A stretch of 64,000 bases of DNA from an uncultured delta proteobacterium (GTDB lineage: Bacteria; Myxococcota; UBA727; VGSZ01). The notes under the pieces are model-generated. The model was not told the DNA's origin. It saw only the letters and a list, made by a program, of their open reading frames with translations, and searched no databases. The first letter of the stretch is position 1. Each line of letters opens with the position of its first letter. Location of the stretch: positions 320,001 to 384,000 of the forward strand of contig CAVZJB010000004.1 of the NCBI GenBank assembly GCA_963775425.1, read 5' to 3'. Below are positions 29,223 through 38,107 of this stretch, piece after piece. The translations under genes and the position numbers were made by a program.

Positions 29223-30278
29223 TCATTCTATCTCGTCGCCGAACAGAGCGCTTTGTGAGGCAGATCGATGCGTGCGAGCCGGCGCACGCCGGCCGAGGTG
29301 CTCGTAGGCACGCACGGTGGCGACACGGCCGCGCGGCGTCCGCATCAGGAGCCCCTCCTGCAGGAGGTACGGCTCGTACACGTCCTCGAGCGTGCCCGCC
29401 TCCTCCCCGAGCGCGGCGGCGAGCGTGTCGAGCCCGACGGGTCGTCCGTCGAACTTGTCGACGAGCGTGAGCAAGAGCTTCTTGTCCATCTCGTCGAGGC
29501 CTAGCTTGTCGACGCCGAGCCTGTCGAGGCCCCCGCGCGCGACGTCGAGCGTGATGCGGCCCTCGTGCAGCACCTCGGCGAAGTCGCGCAGCCGGCGCAG
29601 CAGTCGGTTGGCGACGCGCGGGGTGCCACGGCAGCGGGCGGCGATCTCGGCGGCGCCGTCGGCGTCGAGCCCGACGTCGAGGAGGTGCGCCGACCGCTCG
29701 ACGATGCGGACGAGGTCCTCACGTGCGTAGAAGTCGAGCCGCGCGGTGAACCCGAAGCGATCGCGCAGCGGCGACGCGAGCAGGCCCGTGCGCGTGGTGG
29801 CACCGACGAGCGTGAAGGGCTTGAGGTCCAGGGAGATGCTGCGGGCGTGGGCGCCCTCGCCGATCATCACGTCGAAGCGGAAGTCCTCCATGGCCGGGTA
29901 GAGGTTCTCCTCGACGGCGGGCGTGAGCCGGTGGATCTCGTCGATGAAGAGGACGTCGCCGGCGCCCAGGTGCGTGAGGAGCCCCGCGAGGTCGCCCTTC
30001 TTCTCGACGGCGGGGCCGCTGGTGGCGTGGAGCGCCGCCCCCATCTCGTGCGCGATGATGTGCGCGAGGGTGGTCTTGCCGAGGCCCGGCGGGCCGCACA
30101 GCAGCACGTGGTCGAGGGGCTCGCCCCGGCGCTTGGCGGCGGCGGCGAAGATCTGGAGGTTCTCCTTGAGCGCCTTTTGGCCGACGTAGTCGTCGAAGGT
30201 CTGCGGGCGCAGGCTGTGGTCGAGCTTGACGTCGTCGACGGCGGCGCTCCCGCCGGTGATTCGTTCGAGCTTCACCAT
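29223..30278 (-). CDS. ruvB: Holliday junction DNA helicase RuvB
   Basis: [50 protein letters not shown]. Confidence 0.98.
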   Translation of the reverse strand: MVKLERITGGSAAVDDVKLDHSLRPQTFDDYVGQKALKENLQIFAAAAKRRGEPLDHVLLCGPPGLGKTTLAHIIAHEMGAALHATSGPAVEKKGDLAGLLTHLGAGDVLFIDEIHRLTPAVEENLYPAMEDFRFDVMIGEGAHARSISLDLKPFTLVGATTRTGLLASPLRDRFGFTARLDFYAREDLVRIVERSAHLLDVGLDADGAAEIAARCRGTPRVANRLLRRLRDFAEVLHEGRITLDVARGGLDRLGVDKLGLDEMDKKLLLTLVDKFDGRPVGLDTLAAALGEEAGTLEDVYEPYLLQEGLLMRTPRGRVATVRAYEHLGRRAPARTHRSASQSALFGDEIE

Positions 30279-30281
30279 GCC

Positions 30282-30863
30282 TCACCCCACGTGCTTGAGC
30301 GCTTCACGAACCAGCGACGACAAGCCCTCGCCGCCGTCCGCGAGCGGCTTGACCTTCTGCAGCGCCCGATCGATCTGCGGCGCCTTGTAGCCGAGGTTGG
30401 CGAGCGCGGAGCGCAGGTCGTCGAGCGTGCCGCCGCCGCGACCGGCGGGCCGCCCGAGGCTCTCCTTCGCCATCTTGTCGGCGAGCTCGAGCACGATCCG
30501 CGCCGCGGTCTTCTTGCCGACGCCGGGGATCTTGGTGAGCCGCGCTTCGTCGCGCTCGGCGATGGCACGCACCAGGTCTGCGCCGTCGATGCCGGAGAGG
30601 AGCGCGAGGGCCGTGCGCGTGCCGACGCCCTGGACCCCGATGAGCCGCTCGAACAGCGCGAGCCCGTCGCGCGAGGAGAACCCGAAGAGCAAGATGGCGT
30701 CCTCGCGCACGTGGGTGTGGACGTGGGCCTCGACCTTGGCGCCGTCCTCGAGGCGCGCGAGCTCGGCGACCGGCATGAGCACCCGGTAGCCGACGCCGCC
30801 GACGTCGATGACGACGGACTCGACGTCGGCGAAGCGCGCGGTGCCGCTGAGAAAGCCGATCAT
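30282..30863 (-). CDS. ruvA: Holliday junction branch migration protein RuvA
   Basis: MIG.L.G, GVGY, VRED...LFGF, V.GVG, IPGVGKKTA.RI.LEL, AL.NLGY. Confidence 0.97.
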   Translation of the reverse strand: MIGFLSGTARFADVESVVIDVGGVGYRVLMPVAELARLEDGAKVEAHVHTHVREDAILLFGFSSRDGLALFERLIGVQGVGTRTALALLSGIDGADLVRAIAERDEARLTKIPGVGKKTAARIVLELADKMAKESLGRPAGRGGGTLDDLRSALANLGYKAPQIDRALQKVKPLADGGEGLSSLVREALKHVG

Positions 30864-30919
30864 GCCGCCCGATGCTTACCTGAACGCGTGATCAGGCACA
30901 ACGCCGCGACCTCGTCGGC

Positions 30920-31477
30920 TCAGGCCTTGCCCTGGGCGCGGGCGAGCTCGAGGAGCGCGTCGCGGCCCCGCCTGCGTGCCCGGCCGCCGTCGGGGGTGGG
31001 GGCCGCGGCCACCGGCGTGACGAGGGAGACGGCGAGGGCGACGGCGAGGGCGTCGGCGGCGTCCTCGAAGGGCACCTCGGGCAGGCGCAGCTGCGCGCGC
31101 ACCATCTCCGCGACCTGCTCCTTGCCGGCGCGGCCGCGGCCCGCGACCCGAAGCTTCACCTGCGAGGTCGGGATGCTCGTCACGGGCAGCCCGGCGAGGC
31201 CGAGCGTGGCCAGGCACGCCCCGCGCGCCTGACCGAGGATGAGCGCCGAGCGCGCGCCCCGCTGCACGAACACGTCCTCGACCGCGGCCGCCTCCGGGCG
31301 ATAGCGCACGATGACGTCGTTCAAGCGGTGACAGAGGTCCACGAGGCGCACCGTGAGGGAGCGATCGTCGTCGAGGAACAGCACGCCGTTGTCGATGTGC
31401 TCGATGACGCTGCCGCCGACCTCGACGATGCCCCAGCCCGTCTTGTGCGAGCCGGGGTCGACGCCGAGCAGCCTCAC
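30920..31477 (-). CDS. ruvC: Crossover junction endodeoxyribonuclease RuvC
   Basis: LGVDPG...TGWG, AVEDVF, LGQARG, G.G.A.KEQV..MV, DAADALA; GTGA overlap with upstream stop. Confidence 0.96.
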   Translation of the reverse strand: MRLLGVDPGSHKTGWGIVEVGGSVIEHIDNGVLFLDDDRSLTVRLVDLCHRLNDVIVRYRPEAAAVEDVFVQRGARSALILGQARGACLATLGLAGLPVTSIPTSQVKLRVAGRGRAGKEQVAEMVRAQLRLPEVPFEDAADALAVALAVSLVTPVAAAPTPDGGRARRRGRDALLELARAQGKA

Positions 31478-33111
31478 TCGCAGCCTGCTGCGACCACGCC
31501 GTTTTGCGCCCCCGGCGTGGGACCGATCTCCGTGCGCGAGAAGCAGTAGCTGTCGTCGGCGTCGGGCGCGTCCGGCGCGATGCGCTCGACGGAGCGGCCG
31601 TCCTTGGGCGCGGGCGCGCTCATCGACGACACCGGCCGGCCCGTCGGATCGGACAACACGAGGAGCGTGCCCGTGTCGTTCACGAGGCTGCACAGCGAGA
31701 TGCGCACGATGGTGGACTCGTCCATGCCCGGATAGAAGGACGGGTCGAAGGCCGTCTTGGCGAGCACGAGGAAGGCGCCGGGGACGAGCGACGTCCCCGC
31801 GGGGATGCTGCAGGTGCTCGTCGACGTGCTGCCGCCCGACGTGGTGTGGCTGCTCTGCAGGGTCCAGCCGCCGAGGTCCGTGGTCACCGTGGGCTCGAAG
31901 CTCACGAGCTCGATGAACTCGCCCTGGTCATCGGTGCCGGAGCCGGCGGCGTCGGCGAGCATCTCGTTCACGGCGATCTTGGGGAGCGGCGCCGTGTGGA
32001 TGACGCCGCTGCCGGTGGCGACGTTGCCGACGGCGTCCTCGGCGCTGGCGACGAACGCGTAGTCGGTGTTCACGGTGAGCCCCGTGACGGCGACGCTGTG
32101 AAGCGCGCCCGCCGTCGTCGTCGACTGCCCGAGCACCGGACACGGCCCGCCCAGACAGTCGAGCGCGCCGCCCACGAGGCCGAAGCGGATCTCCGTGGTG
32201 CTCGGCTTGGAAGTGGTGAAGCGCACCGTGGCGTCCACCTCTCCGTCGACGTGCTCGAGGTCGCTCATGCTGTTCGGCGTCGTGTCGCACGCCGAGCCCG
32301 TGGTGAAGTCCTGCGAGAACGGCTGCAGCGTCTGTCCGGTGTCGCCGACGATGCCCTCGGTGGCCACGAGCGTGTACGTGGCGTTCACGTCGAGGCGCGC
32401 GCAACCGGCGGCGGGCTCCGCGAGGATGAGGGTGGCGACGGTGCGGCTCTCGTCGATGAGGATGGCCGCGATGGGCGGCGGCGGCGAGCCCTGGATGGTG
32501 AGCGTGTCCTGCCCCACCCGCTGCACGGGTTGGTTGAACGTGACGGTGATGCGCTTGCGGTTCGGCACCACCAGCGACGCGCCCGAGGGCAGGTCCGTGG
32601 ACGAGACCGCGGGCGGCCCCGCGTCGGTGGTGAACTCGTAGATGAAGTTGTCCTTGGCGCCGACGGCGTCGACGAGCGGGTTGCCGGAGGTGTCGCGGAT
32701 GTTGGCCGACAGCACCAGCGTGTACGCCGTGCCCGGCGCGAGCGGGCCGAGCGGCGTGACCGTGAGCGCGGTGTCGTCGGTGCCGAGCTCGACCTTGAGG
32801 GGGACGACGTCGTCCTGGCGCGACGCGGACAAAGGCGGGTTCTTCACGTCGGAGAGAAACGCGTCGGTCACCTTGTCGCGCGTGGCCAGGACGACGCTCA
32901 CGTTGTCGGAGACCGGGTCGCCGCTCACGGTCTTCGGGTTGACGGGCTCCGAAAACGTGAGCCGGAACGACGCCGTCACCGGCAGCACCGTCTCCGCCGG
33001 CTCGAGGGAGAGCACCCGAGGCGGGATCAGATCGGTGTCGTCGGGCGGAGGGCACCCGGCGGCCAGGACGAGCGGCGCGAGGACGACGGCGAAGGCGCGC
33101 ATGGAGGTCAT
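31474..33111 (-). CDS. Lipoprotein with two Ig-like (Big_5) domains, FN3-like domain and C-terminal lamin-tail domain
   Basis: LAAGC lipobox; TFSEPV / TFNQPV Big_5 motifs; IAVNEMLAD...EFIEL...DLGGWTL...TPGA.N lamin-tail motifs. Confidence 0.8.
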   Translation of the reverse strand: MTSMRAFAVVLAPLVLAAGCPPPDDTDLIPPRVLSLEPAETVLPVTASFRLTFSEPVNPKTVSGDPVSDNVSVVLATRDKVTDAFLSDVKNPPLSASRQDDVVPLKVELGTDDTALTVTPLGPLAPGTAYTLVLSANIRDTSGNPLVDAVGAKDNFIYEFTTDAGPPAVSSTDLPSGASLVVPNRKRITVTFNQPVQRVGQDTLTIQGSPPPPIAAILIDESRTVATLILAEPAAGCARLDVNATYTLVATEGIVGDTGQTLQPFSQDFTTGSACDTTPNSMSDLEHVDGEVDATVRFTTSKPSTTEIRFGLVGGALDCLGGPCPVLGQSTTTAGALHSVAVTGLTVNTDYAFVASAEDAVGNVATGSGVIHTAPLPKIAVNEMLADAAGSGTDDQGEFIELVSFEPTVTTDLGGWTLQSSHTTSGGSTSTSTCSIPAGTSLVPGAFLVLAKTAFDPSFYPGMDESTIVRISLCSLVNDTGTLLVLSDPTGRPVSSMSAPAPKDGRSVERIAPDAPDADDSYCFSRTEIGPTPGAQNGVVAAGCE

Positions 33112-33120
33112 CCTACCTCG

Positions 33121-33969
33121 TCAGTACGGCGAGCGCCCGGCCTTCTCGAGCTTCTCCGAGAACCAGCCGCCGGTGAACGAGTCGATGTCCGCCGTGAGCT
33201 CCTGCAGGCGCAGCTCCTTGCGGACGCGGTCGGCGAGGTCCGTCGGCGGCGACAGGTCGAGATCCACCTGGAGGCGGCGGCGCTCGTAGTAGCGGCGCGT
33301 GACCTCCTCGATGATCCGATCGCGCAGGTTGGCCGTGCGGACGGCCTCGCGCGCGATGTTCATCTCCTGCGGCTCGAAGATCAGCCGGTCGAGGTCCCAG
33401 CGCGCGCCGAGGCCGATGCGCCCGGTGTTGCTGTCGGTGGTGGCGTTCACCGGGGCGGCGGTGGCGTCGAGGTTGGTCACCTTGCGCAGGTTGTTGTCGA
33501 CGGTGCCCTGCGCCTCGGCGGTGAACTGCGGGGCGATCGCCCGCCAGCGCGCGCGGCCCATCCAACTGTCGATGATGTCCGGGTGCACGCGCGCGTAGTC
33601 GACGGCGCGCCCCTGCACCTCGCGCACGGTGGGCTCGCCCGCGTAGCGCATGAGCACCTTGCGCACGACCTCCTTGGAGACCACCTTGCCCTCTTCCACC
33701 ACCACCTGCTCAGCGGCGCCGACGCGGAGATAGCTCCCCGCCTTGCGCACCGCCGACGACGACAGCGACGAGACGCGCGAGCGCAGATCATCGAGGCTGG
33801 AGAACGGGCCGTTCTCCTCGCGCTCCCGGATGACGTCGCTGGCCATCTTGGCGCCGATGCCCGGCAGCCCCTCGAGCTGCTCCCGCGTGGCGGTATTCAC
33901 GTCGACGGGCTCTTGCGCCCCGGCGGCAACGGCGAACGCCAGGGCGATCACCAACATCGTGTTCTTCAT
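33121..33969 (-). CDS. ComEA-type helix-hairpin-helix protein fused to a half-TolC/OEP-like domain
   Basis: Signal peptide; VDVNTAT.EQL..LPGIG...A..I..RE.NGPF.S.DDL; C-terminal domain paralogous to that of the upstream gene. Confidence 0.85.
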   Translation of the reverse strand: MKNTMLVIALAFAVAAGAQEPVDVNTATREQLEGLPGIGAKMASDVIREREENGPFSSLDDLRSRVSSLSSSAVRKAGSYLRVGAAEQVVVEEGKVVSKEVVRKVLMRYAGEPTVREVQGRAVDYARVHPDIIDSWMGRARWRAIAPQFTAEAQGTVDNNLRKVTNLDATAAPVNATTDSNTGRIGLGARWDLDRLIFEPQEMNIAREAVRTANLRDRIIEEVTRRYYERRRLQVDLDLSPPTDLADRVRKELRLQELTADIDSFTGGWFSEKLEKAGRSPY

Positions 33970-35879
33970 CTGCTCTCCTCCACTCTGTGCTTGGCCGTGA
34001 ACGCGCCGCCGGTGGCGGCGTCGAGCTCGGCGGTCAATTCTTCGAGCTTCAATTGGCGGACGGTCTGCTTCTTCACGTCCTTCGCGCCGCTCGGCTCGCC
34101 GTCGAGCGCCATCTCCGTCATCAACCGCCGCCGCGCGCCGAACGCCTCGCGCACCCGGTCGAGGATGCGCTTCTCGGCGCCCCAATACTGCGGGACGCCG
34201 CGGCCGACGGCGATCTCGTCGGGGTTCAGGATCAGCTTGTCGAGGTCCCAGCGCAACGAGATGAACGCCACGTACTTGGACTGCGTCGACGGCTGGATGA
34301 GGAATGCGCCGACGTTGCCGAAGAGATCCGTGTTGTCGTTGGCCGGATCGACGATGGGCGGCAGATCGTCGCCCGCGCGCAGCAGGAATTGGTCGGTCTG
34401 CAGGCCGGTGACCGTGAGCTGATCGTAGGTGATGGTCACGCGCGGCAGGAACGCGGCGATGCCCGCGCGCGCCTCCATGGACTTGAGCGCGAGCGGATCG
34501 ATCCGGCTGTACGCGAGCGCGTCGCGCGCGGCGTCGTCGAGCGAGGGCTCGTCGCGCCACAGCTTGCGCAGCTTCCGCAGCGCGCTCGAGGAGATGGTGA
34601 CGCCGCTGCCGGGCACCGAACGAAACAGCCCGCGGTCGGTGGCCACGAGGATGTCGTCGGGCCGGGAGCCGCGCGACACCGCGAGCACCTCGGCCGCGGG
34701 CACCTGCTCCGTCCCCTCGTCGACGACGAGGCCCGCGTTCCACGAAAACAACACGCCGCGGTTGTTGGTGCCGGCGATGACGCCGCGCGGGCGGAGCGGA
34801 TCGGCGGACACCGCCTGCACGAGCGTGGCCGGGACGCCGTCGTAGCGCTCGAGCAGCGCCGCGCCGCGCTCGCCGACGAACAGGCCCGCGCTGGTGCCCG
34901 CGTAGTAGGTGCCGCTCACCGGGGACACGGCGACGGCGGCCACGCCGAAGAACGGCGGCAGCCCCTTGAGCAACACCTCGAGGAAGCTCTGGCCCCCGTC
35001 GAAGGACCGAAACAGCCCCTGCTCGGTGCCGATGAGCACCACGACGCCGTCCGGGCCGGCCGCCGCGCACAGCGCGGGCGTGGTGCCGGCGCGACCGAGC
35101 ACCGCGGCGAAGGACGCGCCGCCGTCGCGGCTCATGAGGACGCCCGCGGCCGTCGCGAGGTAGAGGCGCGAGGGCCGGCCGGGGTCGACGATGACGTCGC
35201 GGACGTCGTTTTCGGGGACGGCGCCGCCGACGGAGATGCGCTCGAAGCTGCCGCCGCCGGTGGTGGTGCGATAGAGGCCGCGCGGCGTCGCCACGTAGAA
35301 CACGCCGGGCGAGCCCGGGACGAACGCGAGCGCGCGCACGCCGGGGCCGGCCCGCGCGTAGACGGTGGCGTCGACGAGGTCGGCGCTGCCGTCGGGGAGA
35401 TCGTCGGCGCTGTCGAGCGAGCCGCTGGCGTCCCCTGCGTCGCCCGCGTCGCCTGCGTCCCCCGCGTCCCCCGCGCTCGTCCCGCCGGCGTCGACGGCAG
35501 TGGCGGCGTCGGCGGCGGCGGCGGGGTCGGCGAGGGGCTCGAGCGGGAGCGAGAGCGCGGCCGCGTCGCCCGCGTCGGCGGCGTCGGGATCGAGCGCGAC
35601 GCCGCGCGGGAAGGAGAGGATGGGACGCCAGCTCTCGCCGTCGTCGTCGCTCTTGAAGAGGAAGCCGTCGCTGCCCGCGTAGACCACGCGATCGTCGGCG
35701 GGATCCACGGCGGCGGCGGTGACGGCGTCGCCGGGCAGGTCTCCGGTGAGATCCTCGAAGTGGCGCACCGGGCGCGACGGGCGGCTCACGGGGATGTCGT
35801 CCACCGGGTCGGCCCACGCCGCGCCGGCGGCGAGGCTCATTCCCACCGCCAACAAACCCACGCGCAAGCCGAAGCCCAT
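33966..35879 (-). CDS. BNR/Asp-box beta-propeller protein with C-terminal half-TolC/OEP-like domain
   Basis: Signal peptide; KSDDDGESW, SRDGGASF, RSFDGGQSF Asp-boxes; RWDLDKLI...ELTAELDAATGG.F. Confidence 0.8.
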   Translation of the reverse strand: MGFGLRVGLLAVGMSLAAGAAWADPVDDIPVSRPSRPVRHFEDLTGDLPGDAVTAAAVDPADDRVVYAGSDGFLFKSDDDGESWRPILSFPRGVALDPDAADAGDAAALSLPLEPLADPAAAADAATAVDAGGTSAGDAGDAGDAGDAGDASGSLDSADDLPDGSADLVDATVYARAGPGVRALAFVPGSPGVFYVATPRGLYRTTTGGGSFERISVGGAVPENDVRDVIVDPGRPSRLYLATAAGVLMSRDGGASFAAVLGRAGTTPALCAAAGPDGVVVLIGTEQGLFRSFDGGQSFLEVLLKGLPPFFGVAAVAVSPVSGTYYAGTSAGLFVGERGAALLERYDGVPATLVQAVSADPLRPRGVIAGTNNRGVLFSWNAGLVVDEGTEQVPAAEVLAVSRGSRPDDILVATDRGLFRSVPGSGVTISSSALRKLRKLWRDEPSLDDAARDALAYSRIDPLALKSMEARAGIAAFLPRVTITYDQLTVTGLQTDQFLLRAGDDLPPIVDPANDNTDLFGNVGAFLIQPSTQSKYVAFISLRWDLDKLILNPDEIAVGRGVPQYWGAEKRILDRVREAFGARRRLMTEMALDGEPSGAKDVKKQTVRQLKLEELTAELDAATGGAFTAKHRVEESR

Positions 35880-35965
35880 CGGCCGGCCGTTTAGCAGGTC
35901 GCGACGCGGATCCGAAACGCGCAGGCGCCCGATCCGCGCACGGCGCCGCGCGTTATCCTCGGCGC

Positions 35966-37213
35966 GTGACGTCCCCCGCCCGCCTCCCGGTCCGCCGCGC
36001 CGCCGTCGCACGCGGCCTCGCCGTGGCCGTCGCGGGCGTCGCCGTCGCCGCGGCGTGCGCCCCGGGGCTGCGCCTCGACGCGGCCACGCCGAGCCCGGTG
36101 GCGCCCGGGGCCTCGCTCGCCGTCACCGGCGACGGCTTCGCCGACGGCATGCGGCTGTCGCTGGTGCAGGGCGGCGTCACGGTGGCCCTGCAGCGCGTCT
36201 CCGTCTCCCGGCCCGGCGCGGCTTCGGCGGTGGTGCCCGACGCCGCCCCGGCCGGCAGCTATTCGCTGCACGCCGACCTCGACGGCAACAGCGCCACCCT
36301 GGACGGCGTGCGCGTCGTCCCCGGCGGCATGCAGGTGCACTTCCTCGACGTGGGCCAGGGCGACGGGACGCTGGTGATCGCGCCCGGGGGCGAGACCCTG
36401 CTCATCGACGGCGGGCCGAGCGACGCCGCCGGCGCCGTGGCAGACGACGTCTTGAACCTCGCCGGCGGCCGCGTCGACGCCGTCATCCTCACCCACTACC
36501 ACGCCGATCACCTCGGCGGCCTCGTGCCGCTGCTCGCGGGCCCCGACCACACCCCGGGCACCAACGACGACGTCATCCCCGCCCAGCGCTGGGCCTACGT
36601 CGACGACGGCCAGTGCACCTCCGACCTGTGCGGGCGCGCGCGCCGGCTGCTCGCGTGGCCCTTCACGGTGCCGCACGTCGGTGACAGCTTCGCCCTCGGC
36701 GACGTCACCGTCGAAGCCGTGACCGTCGACGGCGACGCCGGCGCCGGCCGCGTCAGCGGCGTCGACGACCCCAACGAGCGCAGCATCGCGGTGCGCCTCT
36801 CGTTCGCCGGGCGCACGGTGCTCGTCGAGGGCGACCTGACCGCCGGCGGCGACGGCGAGGCCGACGTCGAGGATCCCCTGTCGCAGCGCATCGGCGCCGT
36901 CGACGTGCTGCGCACCGGTCATCACGGGAGCAACACCTCCAGCGCCGCCACGGCGCTCGCCCGTCTGGCGCCGCACGCGCTCGTCATCAGCGAGGGCACG
37001 GACAACGACTTCTGCCACCCGTCGCCGCCCGCGCTCTCGCGGCTCGCCGCCACCAACGCCCCCATCTACGCCACCGGCGACGGCATGCGCGGCCCGAGCG
37101 CCAACTGCGACGCGGCCACCGCGTGGCCGGCGTCGTCGCGGCACGGCCTCGGCACCATCCCGCTCGTCGTCGGCACCGACGGCTCGCTCACGCTGGCGGG
37201 CGACGCGCTCTGA
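35966..37213 (+). CDS. ComEC/Rec2-like MBL-fold hydrolase lipoprotein (no membrane channel domain)
   Basis: VAAAC lipobox; FLDVGQGD, LIDGG, THYHADHLGG, N..SI, GD, GHHGS. Confidence 0.88.
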   Translation: MTSPARLPVRRAAVARGLAVAVAGVAVAAACAPGLRLDAATPSPVAPGASLAVTGDGFADGMRLSLVQGGVTVALQRVSVSRPGAASAVVPDAAPAGSYSLHADLDGNSATLDGVRVVPGGMQVHFLDVGQGDGTLVIAPGGETLLIDGGPSDAAGAVADDVLNLAGGRVDAVILTHYHADHLGGLVPLLAGPDHTPGTNDDVIPAQRWAYVDDGQCTSDLCGRARRLLAWPFTVPHVGDSFALGDVTVEAVTVDGDAGAGRVSGVDDPNERSIAVRLSFAGRTVLVEGDLTAGGDGEADVEDPLSQRIGAVDVLRTGHHGSNTSSAATALARLAPHALVISEGTDNDFCHPSPPALSRLAATNAPIYATGDGMRGPSANCDAATAWPASSRHGLGTIPLVVGTDGSLTLAGDAL

Positions 37214-37226
37214 TGGCCCAGCGTCG

Positions 37227-38060
37227 TCAGTCGTCGTCGCAGGCTTGGTCGCCTTCGTAGTCCGCGGCGTTGGTGACGTCGACGCTCGGGGCGTCGCCGC
37301 AGGCGGCGCAGTCCGCGCGCCGCGCGAACTTGAGGGCCCGCACCGACGACGTCAGGACGTCGACCGCGAGGAAGCGTCCGACGAGCACGCGGTCCGCTCC
37401 GCCGTCGTCGTCGCGCAGGCCGAGGAGCACCTTGATGGCCTCCGCCGCCATGAGGCTGCCGACGACGCCGGTGACCGCGCCGAGGACGCCGGCGGTGCGG
37501 CAGGTGGGCAGCGAGCCGGGGGGCGGGGGCCCTTCGAACAGGCAGCGCAGGCACGGCCCCGCCCGGCCGGGCACCACGAGCACCTGGCCCGCCCACGCCG
37601 TCGCCGCGCCGTGGACCAGCGGGCGATCCTCGAGCACGCACGCGTCGCTCAAGAGGAACTTGGTCGCCATGCCGTCGCTGCAGTCGACGACGACGTCGTG
37701 AGCGGCGAGCGCGCGGCGCGCGTGGGCCCCGACGAGCCGCTCGGCGCGCGCGCTCACGGCGATGCCCGCGTCGAGGGCGGCCACGCGCGCGGCCGCCACC
37801 TCCGCCTTCCGCTTGCCGAGGTCGGCCTCGCCGAAGAGGACCTGGCGGTTGAGGTTGGACGGCTCCACGACGTCGTCGTCGAACAGAGTCAAGTGACCCA
37901 CGCCGGCCGCCGCCAGGTAGTGAATGACCGGCGCGCCGAGACCGCCGCAGCCGACCACCAGCGCGCGCGCCGCCGACAGCCGCCCCTGGCGCTCCCCTAC
38001 CTCGGGCAGCACCCGTTGCCGCGCGAACCGGGCCCGGGGTGGGATACGGGATTCCGCCAT
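37227..38060 (-). CDS. HesA/MoeB/ThiF family adenylyltransferase
   Basis: RFARQ, VGCGGLG, SNLNRQ, CLRC and CAAC zinc motifs. Confidence 0.92.
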   Translation of the reverse strand: MAESRIPPRARFARQRVLPEVGERQGRLSAARALVVGCGGLGAPVIHYLAAAGVGHLTLFDDDVVEPSNLNRQVLFGEADLGKRKAEVAAARVAALDAGIAVSARAERLVGAHARRALAAHDVVVDCSDGMATKFLLSDACVLEDRPLVHGAATAWAGQVLVVPGRAGPCLRCLFEGPPPPGSLPTCRTAGVLGAVTGVVGSLMAAEAIKVLLGLRDDDGGADRVLVGRFLAVDVLTSSVRALKFARRADCAACGDAPSVDVTNAADYEGDQACDDD

Positions 38061-38107
38061 GGCAAACGTGCTATTCCCTTGGCGACGTCTCACAAGAGGG
38101 GCAGTGC

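Noticed and set aside
33970-35817. Upstream part of the 898-aa ORF containing the ComEA protein
   Set aside because: Alternate frame of the propeller gene; RBS and signal peptide place the start at 33969.
35966-37213. Calling this gene comEC
   Set aside because: Has only the MBL domain plus lipobox; the multi-pass competence channel domain is absent.
37227-38060. ThiF protein as CBASS/ubiquitin-like or RiPP component
   Set aside because: Plain MoeB/ThiF with no E2, JAB, cyclase or precursor peptide adjacent.
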